The position numbers and the translations under genes are program-made. DNA of 64,000 bases, taken from contig CM120641.1 in the NCBI GenBank assembly GCA_051362555.1, forward strand, positions 27,844,401 through 27,908,400, given 5' to 3'. The DNA is from Lingula anatina. Taxonomy: Eukaryota; Animalia; Brachiopoda. Positions within the stretch are counted from its first letter, which is position 1; each line of letters opens with the position of its first letter. Positions 14,225 to 26,709 of this stretch are shown here, one piece after another. The notes below the pieces were generated by a model. That model saw only the letters and a list, made by a program, of their open reading frames with translations, ran no database searches and was not told the DNA's origin.

Positions 14225-15120
14225 TTTAGTCCCTTATATCTCCAAAACTGGCAGAGATAGGTCAATAGTTATTATTTAAGTTGAATAGGAAGTCATTTAC
14301 TTGCAATCTAGATGTGAGCTTGAAATTGACCTTTGACCTACTTTTCACCATGAACTGAACTTTGCAAATTTTTGTTCCCTTTTATCTCCAAAACTGGCAG
14401 AGATAGGTCAATAGTTACTATTGAACTTGAATAGGAGGTCACATACTGGCAATTTAACAGTGACCTTAAAATTGACCTTTGACCTACTTTTCACCATGAA
14501 TTGAACTTTGCCAATTTTTGTTCCCGTTAATCTCCAAAACTGGCAGAGATAGGTCCATAGTCACTATTAAACTTGAATAGGAAGTCACATACTGGCAATT
14601 AATCAGTGACCTTAAAATTGACCTTTGACCTACTTTTCACCATGAATTGAACTTTGCCAATTTTTGTTCCCTTTAATCTCCAAAACTGGCAGAGATAGGT
14701 CCATAGTTACTATTGAACTTAAATAGGAAGTCATGAACTGGCAATTTACTGTGACCTTTAAATTGACCTTTGACCTTCCTTTTACTATGAACTGAACTTA
14801 GCAAATTTTCGTTCACCTTTATCTTCAAAACTGACAGATAGGTCCATAGTTACTATTGAACTTGAATAGGAAGTAATACACTAGCAATCTGTGACCTTGA
14901 AATTGACCTTTGACCTACTTTTTATGATGAACTGCTTTTTGCATGTTTTCTGGCCTTTAAATCTGCAAAATTGGCAAAGAAATGTCCATGGTTGCTATTG
15001 AACTTGAATAGAAATTCATATACTATGATATTGAAATTGACCTTTGACCTACTTTTTCACCATGAACTGAGCTTTGCATATTTTCTTGCCTCTCATATCT
15101 TTAAATCTAGCAGAGATGTG
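14225..15120. repeat. Tandem array of ~146-bp monomers (~6 copies) with ttgacctttgacct motif
   Basis: Anchor ctccaaaactggcagagataggtc at 14240, 14386, 14532, 14678, with degenerate copies at ~14823 and ~14963. Confidence 0.92.
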
Positions 15121-16221
15121 CCCATTGCTTCCCCTAGGTTTTCTCTTTTGTCAGCATATATGCACCATTGACAACACATTTCAAGGAAAACCAATAGGCC
15201 TTTTGTCTAGAGAATACAGTAGTGAGCAAGGGTAGGAAAATGCAAGTCAATTTGAAAATCTGCTTGATTGTATCATTTTTAGTTATATTTTTTGCATATT
15301 TTGAGAACTCTTGTTGATTGCATCTTATAGAGCTTGTCAAACACCAGACTGGTGATGGTGTCCCTTTTAGGAGGGGGGGGTCCATACGAATGCGCTTACT
15401 CCAGCTGGTGGTACAATATCTGGAGGCGGTATCGCCTCTCTGATCCTCTAGTTATCTATTGATTTCAAAAAATTTTAATAAGGGGTAAATCGGAAACACT
15501 ACTGTGGATAAATAATGCTATATATTTTGATGGAACCAAAAAGACTTCAAAAAGTTCACTTTATGGGTTGCTTTCTCTGGTTTTAAAACTAGTCCTCTGC
15601 CTCACTGATAATAGGAAATTTCAAGTACATTTTATAGCTTAAAATTACCATTTTCAAATATCACCGATTCTCAGCATCTGTCATTTATTTTAACTAGCTT
15701 AATTTTAGTTTTCGAACAATTATATATGTATTACTGCATTGAATTTGATATATAGGTTAGTATAATAGAATTTGAATTTGGTAACAAAGCAATTCAAAGC
15801 AATATACTGTAAGTCAACACCTTTGTGCTAATAAAAGTCGTGATGTCAATCAATACTTACAGGAAAACGTCTCATTGATGATAAAGTCTACTTATTTCAA
15901 ACATGCATCCTGGATTCTTTTGTCACATAGATGAATTGTTTCTTCTGGATGTATTTGCTCCTTGTCTTGTCTTCACAAATACATGACATGAGAGAGTAAC
16001 ATTTGGTGATAAACTGGTCATCTTCAATTTAATACACAGAAAGGAGCTTTTTTTCCCCAAGTTATACATGGGATGGTTACATAGCAAAACAAAAGAAAAG
16101 CTGTGGGAGTTTTGATGCTTTCGATAAGACTTTGTGCTCGCTGTGACCTAATACTGTAAAGTCACCAAATTGTAGCCAGTGGTTTAAAAAGCCTGCAATA
16201 TGTGAAAACAGCTGCATCAAA

Positions 16222-16233
16222 AATAAATAAATA

Positions 16234-16272
<39 letters not shown>
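16222..16272. repeat. (AAAT)n/(AAT)n microsatellite
   Basis: Direct reading. Confidence 0.85.
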
Positions 16273-17839
16273 TCTATTCATTTTCTGTAACCATACTGTC
16301 TTTTGGTATTCCTACAAGATTAAAAGTTTTACATTCTGACATTGAAACAAGTACACAATTTGATAATTAGGGGTTGTTAGTTCCTGAAAATATTTGGTTT
16401 TAGCCATTAATATATATATTGCTTAACCAACAATTTCATCTTCTTGCAGCTCATAATGTATAAGAAAAATAAAGAAGGGCAAAATTATCAAAATCATTTA
16501 TTACTGATTTGACGTATACATATTCAATATGAAATCTGTGATCACATCACACATGGACAAAACTGTGTAAAACTAGATTCCTTTGTGATAACATTTTCTG
16601 TAAAAAGCAAACTCATATTTCAAGACACTAAAACGGTAATAAAATATAACAACTGCAACACGTTGCTGCCTATAGTGCTCTCTGAATCTTTAAAAATAGG
16701 ATTTATCTCTGTCAACGCAAAATTAAAAGCAATGATCACAACATCTTGGCAAATAATTATATCAAACTGAATATTAATTCCATATATATATGTACATGGA
16801 CATACCTGATGTCTTCATCCATTTGAGACATCTTTAACACATAATCAACTGCAGGTAAATATACATCTACCGAATATTCAACTCTTTTTACAATAGACTT
16901 AATAAACAAAATCAATAAGTCAACTGTTCAACCATTTATGTCTACAATATGGCCAATGTGAGTTGTATTTACAGCAGGTACCTCAAATATTCACTGGAAT
17001 TTAACAGTTTGCATTTGCATATCTAATACACAATATCACTTCATGAAAGCTTATCAAAACTCATGATTTCTTACAGGCACAACCTGTGCATAAAAATGGC
17101 TAGTGATTTGAAACAGGCACTACACTGCCTTTCAAAACCATTACTGCCAACACTGCAAAATCAAGCTTCTGTCTCGACAGCACTAGTAAAAAAAAAATCA
17201 AAATAAATGAAAAATACATCATGATAAATTAAAAATCTGACCATAAACATGGCATGAGAACAGCTGTAAAGCCTAAACCATGAGATATACCCCATAACCC
17301 ATATAATTAATATAAATATATATTATCATATCATACAACTGCTTTGAAAGCACAACCAATAAGCATGTGTAAAATATCTCTCTACATCGAAAGTGCAACA
17401 AAAGTATGTACAAAAAACCGACACTCATCTATTTGTATCTTACATAAAATACACAAATGTACAAAATGATTATCAACATCAACTGTTAATTATATTTACT
17501 ATGTGCAATCACTTGGTTGACAAACATGATTTGAAATGCAATGCACTTAAGTATATTTACAAAATCTATGTATTTCTACAAGTATACAACTTGGCATTTT
17601 TAGCTGCTGCCTTCCAACAAAAAAGTCGTACATACACTGTGTATTTTGTGCTGATCTCTGAAGAACTTTCTTCATAATAACTTTATCATGGTATTGGCAG
17701 GTGATCCAGCTGATCACTGAATATACCTGGATAAAAGTGAAATCCCTGATTGGATCACCTAGAGGTTTTCTTTCTTTCTTTTTTTTTTTTTTAAATAAAA
17801 CTCCTTTCCACTGCTTACACCTCTCATGTCCATCACGGC

Positions 17840-18071
17840 TTACACTGGAGGTGGACCATCCAAGTAGGTCAACATGGGATCTAAGGAGCGCTGGAAATTG
17901 TTGCGCAGTTCGCACATGAAATCCTCCTCACTCATTGGCACGAGGCAAGCAATGCCGAGCAACAGGAGCAGCAATATCTGAAGAGGTAACGCTGTGCGAC
18001 ACACTCTCACCAGAAATGCAGCTGGACGGCGCCGTCTGACTGCTACTGCTCCTTCAGGGGGACTTTCGGTA
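17840..18071 (-). CDS. SYNE1: Nesprin terminal exon: transmembrane helix plus luminal KASH peptide
   Basis: RRRRPAAFLVRVCRTALPLQILLLLLLGIACLVPMSEEDFMCELRNNFQRSLDPMLTYLDGPPPV-stop: basic juxtamembrane patch, TM helix, conserved Cys and PPPX end. Confidence 0.97.
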
Positions 18072-21000
18072 CTGGAGGGAAAAGACAAAGCACAGAGATT
18101 ATTTCAAATGTTTGGCCAAAATAATGAAGAAATGAAACAAAGTATCAACAAGATGAAACTGCATTTTTAAAAACCAAATAGAAATACTTCGAGTTCAGTA
18201 GCTTTTATTCAAATACAATTTAAAAAAAAAATATTCAGACATAGATATATATATTCAACTGTCTGGAAACAGTCTCTGGCTATTATAACCTAGAAGAAAA
18301 GCACCGTTAATGTTAGTACACATGTAAGTATGCAGGCACAATAGTTACATAAGAAGCAGAGGGGTGTAAACGAGAATACACTGAAGTCCTGCCCTGAGAC
18401 ACCACTCACATATATATATATATATATGGGATACCCATTAGTAATAACATTGATCCCACAGTTAACTAACCATCACTCCTTCAGTGAATCCTCAGAGTTA
18501 TCATCATATAGTGCATTGTAATTTCATCATAACCATTTCTATGATTTTTATAAAACTGATTACGGAATCACTACTATATTGGAAAAATCCTGAAATTTTT
18601 AAGGTCCAAGAGGAGTACATAAAATGTCATTTTTAGTTTAAGGAAAAGTATTGGTCTGACTCGATGAATTTGAAGCATTTTAGGTCTATTAGGATAAATA
18701 GGCAGCAGATAACTGACAGATGGTCATACATCAAAGAAGAAAATATTGACATGAGGAATTCTCTACAATACATTAAGGGCTACAAAAATGCAAGATAACA
18801 TGTACTGTTTGATAGTGGAATATTCCCCCTGTGGCTATTGCAAAAGTGTGCAAAACCACATGATATCTGTCAAAACATGCTGTCTGTGAATCATGCTATA
18901 ATAGATATGAGCATTTCATAAAACAGCTCCATGGCCACCAAAACTACATACACTTAAGAGTTCTGATATCAAGCAAAAGAATAGAAGACTTACTTTCTAT
19001 GACTGAAGGTACATCAACTACACATCTCACATTTCTAACATTTAAACATTTAAATTTATAATCCAAAGAATACTTTATGCTCTATACACCTAGCAACTAA
19101 TTCTATGCATGTAGGTTATATTTAAATAAAACTACCAAAGCCTTATTTCTTCAGCAGTATGATCCTATTCTACTGTTACTATTCTACATAAGGAAGAGAC
19201 GGAGAGCTAGGTTTTAAATTCATGAAAATTCTACTTTAAATTTGTCATTATTATCTGTTACTACATGATGTTTTTGATTTGAAAATTGCTTTAATTCAAA
19301 ATTTTGCTAACATTATTAGTTTTATCACTTAGCATTTTAGTTCTCAAACAAGCATTAAATTTAAATAGAAATCAGGCTAGAAATCAGGGACAACGATTAA
19401 GATCACATAGATATTTCTAATACTATAGTATTTATCCATTAATTCATGCAAAACAGGTGAGGGCAAGTTCATTCTAAGATTGGATGATGGTACAAACTCT
19501 GATATTAACTTGTTGGTAAAATAATCCATGGCCAGAACAACAGATCAAGGTTGAAAACCTCACATCTCTTTGAGTTAAAATGAAAAAGCCCTCATTTTTT
19601 ATTTTAAATTTGCAGTGACTTTCTAACAAATTGGAACAGAAACATTTGAATACCTAAAGCATGCAGGGCCCCAGTGTGAGCTTGTCACCTAAAAATAATT
19701 TAAAATGAAAAGCAAGTAGTAAAAATCCCAAACCAAGCTGTTGGTGGGGTTAGTCAAGCAAACAAAAAGCAATAAGCAACACATCTTTAAGTGGTTATTT
19801 ATACAAGGTTTGTTCAAGTAAAACAATTCAACATATAAGTTATTAGCGATGTCTATCTACATGCACGTAGACCTACTGGCAAATGAAGTGGAATACAACA
19901 TTAGTATATTAATGACACACCACACCTCGATTGCATTAAATGTTAAAAATGCATCACAATAAAGCTTTCTCTTCTGACATGTCTATTTTTACTATGGCTG
20001 ATATTTGGGAAGAATAATAGCCGTTTTGACTCATAGCTTACTCTATAAAACCTTCAACACTCTGATAATATCATAGGATCATTTAAAAACTTCTAATAAA
20101 GACAGATCAAGTCTAGCTTCCTAAGTAATAGTTAACTATTTGGCAGAAAACAATGCATTTCGTCGAGCTTCAATTTAAGTTAAGATGGATGTTTATAATG
20201 ACAATTATATATCTCTTTTCATTATAAAATTTCTCAGTCCTTAAGCCAAATGAAAATACAGCTCAAAGAAAGAGCCTTTAATTCGATATTGAAAAAGAAA
20301 ACATCCCTCAAAGAGCATACTGAAAGAATTATAACACAATCAGACTATTTGGATAGATGAATTGGAAGCCTCCATGCAAGAATTGTCTAAACTACAGATG
20401 AACTAATACATATATACCTGGGTCTACAAAGAGCACCTATTAACTTGGTTAATAATATGTAAGAAATACCATTTTTTTTTTCAGATTTATCATTCGATAA
20501 TATGACCATGCAAAAAAAAAAAAATTTTTTTTTTACAAAAAAAAAATAATTTTTTTTTGTAAAAAAAAAGTAATGTTCCTTAAAATGCAAGCAATGTGTT
20601 ATATTGCTAAGTAATACTGATGCAGGTCAATCAACAAAAATTAAACACCGACCACAATTAGTCTGCAGTTGCAGAAAAGCTTCATGCTTAAACCACATCC
20701 ATTTTGGCATTAAAAAAAGTAAATGTGGACACACCTATGTACATGCTTTAGATATATTTTTTCCTTGCCCAGTGTATTATCCCAACCCGTGAAATACTAG
20801 TACATAGACAAAACAGTTCACATGATTTGTCTCTCAGTAAAACTGAAACCTTTAGGTAAAAAAGGATCAGAAAGGAAACTATTGTAGAAGTAGAAGTGGT
20901 AAAAGGAGTTTGTTCATCCACTGCTTTTTAATACATGTATGAAACCCTTACACTAAAGCACTATATGGATAGAAAATGTCATGAAATATGAGAGGATTCA

Positions 21001-23531
21001 TTCCTGACACCGAAAAATTAATGTCTGGTTTCAGTTTTAGGATACAGAGACATGCATAAATACAGAGTGCACTGTTGCCATGCAATGGAATTAAGAAGCA
21101 ACTATTACGTTTCAGCTTCTGCACGAGCCTCTGCATGTTCCTTCACTATCTCTGTTCGTATGGCCAAGAGCTGGGGAAAAAGAAAAAAATAATAATGTAC
21201 ATCAGTTTCAAAGGAATACTCCTCACAACCTTGACTTTCCAGACCTACTAGTAGCTGAAAACTGAATTTGCATTGTCTCACAAGCAACTGACTATGTATA
21301 CTTTCACAGCATGACATAAAAAGGGTAATTTTTTTCTTTTTTTAATAATATTGAATTCCTTATTCAGGCGTACAGATGTATTAGACAAGAATGTACAATG
21401 TAAGTTTTTCTTCCATAATTGTACTTCTAAAGTTCCAATTGGAAAGCTGTATTGTAAGCACAAAGATTTTAAGCTTTATCTCCGTGAAGAGCAAAATAAA
21501 GAAAGCCAAACAAGTTCAAGCCAATCTCACAGATTTGTTGAAGAAGATAAAATTAAGTGAAAAACTGAAACAGTGATGCCGAAAACACATGGTGACCACT
21601 ACAGAGCAATAATTGACACAAATGTTGTTTTTAGAAATCAAATAACAAACATGACCACAATATATATATACTCTACAAATACACAAAAACTTCATATTTT
21701 AGTTTCATTCTACAATTGGGAAACCCTTTTTCCTACTTCCATTTCCAAAAACTTACCTGTCTTGAGAAACCGGTGGGTGTCAGTGGAGAATTTGATGACC
21801 TTGACCTATATCTGGGTGTGCTAGTACGATACTGCCCTCTGTTGGCACTATCTGACAGGTCAAGACTAAAGGACAGTGGCTAGAGAAGGAGAATAAATGA
21901 TATATCTAAATTGAAATATGAATTCAACATCTCAATAGGTTTCAAGAAACTGCAACCGTTGCATTTAATGAGACAATTCCTTGTCAAATTACCCCTTAAG
22001 ACATATAGTTCACTGCTCTTTATTTTCTTTTAAGGTCCAAATCACACAAATATTATCTCAGAAACCATGGAGTAACTGATGAAGCCTATATGTAAAATGT
22101 ACAATAAGGCAGCTTTGAGATAATAAATATCTATAGGTATTTTGATTTGGAATAGCTAACTGATAGATTTTATAGGCAAATTAAAAAGATTAAATAGAAA
22201 TTTATATATATAATATATAATATAATATAATATAAATGATGTCTCACCATCATCACCAGAGAAGCAGACCCATATATACTTACAGATTCTCGCTGAGCAA
22301 TTCCCAATGCCACCTCCAGTTTACTGATATACAGCATGCATTGGCGAGACAAGGTCCTGAGTCTGGTGTCAATGATGATCATCTTCTCCCTCACGTGTTT
22401 GGCTTCACTGGAGTCTGTGCTGGACAGTAACTGGTCAGTGGATTCCTTCAGGGAGGTTACCCTTGGCTGTGACCTCTCAAGGTCAGTCTGAACTTCCTGC
22501 AAGTTAAAAATGTGAAGAAATCTGTAAGAGCAAATGCTTACAGATTCAGATAAAAATCTCATATTGCATAATTAAGAATGTCTTTAAATATACAAATATG
22601 AGTAATAAGCAAATTATACCAATTTATTTATTAGATGCATGAACTAGCTACTAAATACTGAACATGCACAGACTTTTATTTAATTTTCCAAAAAGAAAAA
22701 AAATTATGGAAACTATAACACTGTCAAGATACTGTACCTTGAATTTGTTGTATTTCAACCTCAGAGTATCTTTGTCATCGTGGATATTCACTGGCTCACA
22801 CACTTTGATCTTGGCCTCTATGCTCTCCAGCCACAGCAACAAGTCCTTGATTGTCTGATGGAAATCGTGGCACTGCATCAGCGCCATCTGGAGCTTTTTC
22901 TGCCACAGCGAGGTCTTGGAAGTGACATTTTCCCATCTCTGGTTCATGATCAGTAAATGTTCCTTCAAATTTCTACTCTCCTTGTTGTCCTGCCCTAAGA
23001 ACTGTTGACTCAGTAAGTTGATGGAGAGAACAATGGCCTTGCGACTGTCTAACTGAAGGAGAAACTCCTGGAACAGAGCATATAAGACACTTTTGTATAA
23101 GACTTCTCTTTAAACATTTTATCACCACCTGACAGATGAAAAACCATATTAAACCCTCCAAAAATTTTTCCACCATAACCATAAATGAATATTTTATTCA
23201 TCACAAAGCTTACCACCAAAACTGGAAATCATCATTTCACAATGTAACTTCCATCACTTTTCTATCTGGATCAAGATTTTATTAAGAGACAAAAGTCACA
23301 GAGAAACCCTCACCCTGTGCCTCCTGATCACCACCTCCAGCTGCTTGATATCACTAGGCACGATGACCTGTGTCCGTTGAATAGCCTCGGCTTCATCCAG
23401 CCACAAGATCACATTTCTGATGTCTGTTTTGAACTGCTGCCATTGCTGTCTGCTCTTTTTCAGCCTCCCGTCTTTGGCCTGGGCCTGGGCTTGTAACAGT
23501 TCCCATCGCTGAACAACACCTGGGATAATAA

Positions 23532-23562
<31 letters not shown>

Positions 23563-24155
23563 AAAATTAACTTTATTTAAAGAGGATAAAACACATTTTA
23601 AAAAAATCTATCTTCCAGATGGATAAGGAACTCAGGGGCCAGATATCCAGTGCTTATGTGTGATCTTATTTGCAGTACATATCATTTCACAAATACTCCC
23701 ATAACAGTTGAACTAACCACAACTTATGAACCTATGTAAGAGTACCCATATGGCAATCTATCTCCAATCTTTTTATATTCAATGTAAAGCAATTGTGTAA
23801 AATGCAAGTTGAAATTTGAAAATAATTTGGATGTTATATAAATAAGTTAGAAAATTTCACAAAATATTGTCATAACAACAATAAAATTTACTACCTTGAG
23901 CCTGAACTTGTACAGAAGTGGCAGCAGACAATCCAGTGTCTTGCTTGAAGCTGTCACACATACTTCTGATTAGTTCTAAATTACTTCTAGATCCATACAA
24001 ATATTGGGCCTGAAGTAGAAAACAAGTATTCACACAATAATCAGAATTTAATTACTAAACATATAAATTGTTCTTTTTTTTATATACATACTCAGATATA
24101 TTGTATGTTGTATTACCCTGTGAGTGGAGTAAATTTGTTTGTGCCAATATTATGC

Positions 24156-24198
<43 letters not shown>

Positions 24199-26664
24199 AT
24201 GTGTCTCTAGCTGTCAAGTATATACAGTAATCAGCCAGGAAATCACAACACAACCCCATAGCTTACATATCCTGTGGCTCCAGATTCCTCCAGTTCTGGC
24301 CCAGTGGGGGTCTTGCACCTCAGGGCTTGCTCTGTGTCTATCAGCTGAGCCACAGTGTGGTCTATCAGCTGCTCTAGCTCAGTCAAATAAGCCTCCGCAT
24401 AGCCCAACTTGCCCTTCTTGGCAGCTATCTGCTTCTGAATTGATTGCCACTTCAGTTCTCTCTCTTCTGAAATTGAAAGGTGGAAAATGAAGTTATAGAA
24501 CAGTGGCCTGCACAAATATTTTCTGATACTATACACTGAATACTATGCAACTTGTGCTGCAGATGACAAGATCCTATCTAACTGTGCAATTCAATTGCTT
24601 GCAAAAGTTTATTTTTTAAAATATTTTACCCCCCCCCCTCTCTCTCTTTTTCTCTCTAACATGATAATTAAAATCTACTATAATAATCCTTATTCTTAAA
24701 GAGTCTAAGCAGAACTACTAAGTAAATAGTAATGGAGATGTACCATCCAGAGGAGTGGGACTTTCTGGGGGGCTGTCATCCAGCATCTTTTCAACATCAT
24801 ACATGTCCCAGTCTAGCGAGGCCTCGCTACCAGGAGTACCAATACGCAGCCTGGAGGAACTGTCATGGCGGATGTCTTGGTCTTTGAAATGGACATGGCT
24901 GTCTCCAAGCTAGAAAAACCACAGGACAACGTGAAAACGTGAAGGTAATATTAATTCCTTAAATATGGCCTGCCAAATACAAAATCCTTTCTTTTGTGAA
25001 TTTTCATGACTGTTCTGTCACAAAGGCAATCCTTTCTTTTACAATTTGTTAACCTGTTTTTCACATTAAATTTTATCTTATCTCAATTTCCACAACTAAA
25101 AGCCTGATTTTAATCTCATTTTTATGGAATTCAAATTTGTATGTCTAAGTTGCAATGCTACTTCTCCACAAAAACTACAAGCTCCTATTATGTAAACTAT
25201 GACCGATTCATTATAAAAAATCTAAGTCAACAAAAGGCAAAAAAATCTGATGTGGCATGCTGAAAACTAAGAACAATCAAAGGTGCAACAAATGAAACTT
25301 AAAAAGTGCTTAAAAATATACAACTATACACATGCACTAAACACTGTCACATGTACATGCAGAAAAAATAATTGGTAAAAAAAATCAATCTATAAATATT
25401 TATGAAAATTTTAAAACAAATATAAAAATACTTTTTCTACATCTTTGAAAAAAATCATAAGGAAGAAAAAAATGAAAATGGGTACAAAGCAGCCAGTAAG
25501 AATAACTTAGTACAACTGCAGTCTCTCAGTCAGATGAAGGGTTAAGCTAAATGAAAGCACCACGTCTTACCAAAGCCCCGACTTCTGCATCATGATCATA
25601 ATCATGCTCTTGTCTTACACTACGCTGGGCCCATAACCCTGAGATCTAGGGGGTTAATATGGAAGGAGGAGATACATATATACATATAACATAAAATAAA
25701 CTGAACAAAAAAAGTGCACAGATTATATGAAATGTGAATGAGGAAAATTAAAAGATGTATTAAGGAAGGAAAAACTGAATCCCAAATTGGAAATAATAAG
25801 TCTGTCTCAGTGGAAACCACTACTATTTTGGACCACCCATCACCCATTTTTTAATTTTAAAAAAGAATAGGTAAGAGTTGACATATTCAATGAATACTTT
25901 TTCTTGTTGCAAGATACAACAGTTACAAAGCATAAGTTACAGATACTTAAAAGATTAAGCAAGTTATTAACAAAAACAATTTCACAGAAATACATCAACA
26001 GCCATGCTGAACAGAAATTCAAGCTAGTTGTCATTCAGAGTAAAAATGCCGAAATGGCACATACAGTGAGCTTGATACGTGTGAATCTTAAAATAATTAA
26101 AATAAAATATAGGTGAGGAATTTTCTGCACAGATGTAGCATAAAACTGATATAAAGTGTGTTCAATAATGCAGATAAGCCAGCATCAACTTACATTCCCA
26201 GTTGATATTTTCTCCAGTTTCTCCTGGTATCTTTTCACTCTGAGCAGAACTTCCTTGCTGTACTGAGAAAACTCTTTCAGTTCTTTTTCTATCCTCACTG
26301 TGTCGGAGGGTTCACATTTCTGGAGCAGATATGCTGCGGCTTTGTCCACATACTGGAGTTTGCTGGATCTTGTCTTGATCTGCTCCTGGAATTCCTGTAG
26401 AACAAGAGATAATGCTTTACACTACTTTATAATATATCTGAGAAACATCCATGCACCCTAGGGTTAATGAAGCACTGGAGACAAAAGAGGCCTGTTGATT
26501 AAGTGAGGTACATTTTTCAGTTGTCAGAGACTTCTCAAGCTCGGGGTGCATCAGTAAAATTTAAACATGAAACCAGTGCTTGCAACCACACACAAACTGT
26601 ATGATGGAATTGTTTGGAGACTTCTTAAACAGCGGGCATCAATATTGTCAAATCATCAATATTC

Positions 26665-26709
<45 letters not shown>

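Larger units (their letters stand above)
13405..15453 (+). mobile_element. Non-autonomous Helentron/Helitron-associated element (HINE / pearl-like) with internal satellite
   Basis: 5' subterminal IR gtaccaccagc (13411-13421) sits in a hairpin (13410-13439) and matches gctggtggtac (15404-15414). 3' stem-loop gaggcg-gtat-cgcctc (15423-15438); CTAG-TT end (15448-15453). A GC-rich 9-mer array follows the 5' end, with central tandem repeats and no TSD. Confidence 0.8.

Noticed and set aside
14225-15120. Regularly spaced repeats as a CRISPR array
   Set aside because: Whole 146-bp units are repeated with no unique spacers, the context is eukaryotic and there are no cas genes; it is a satellite inside a transposon.
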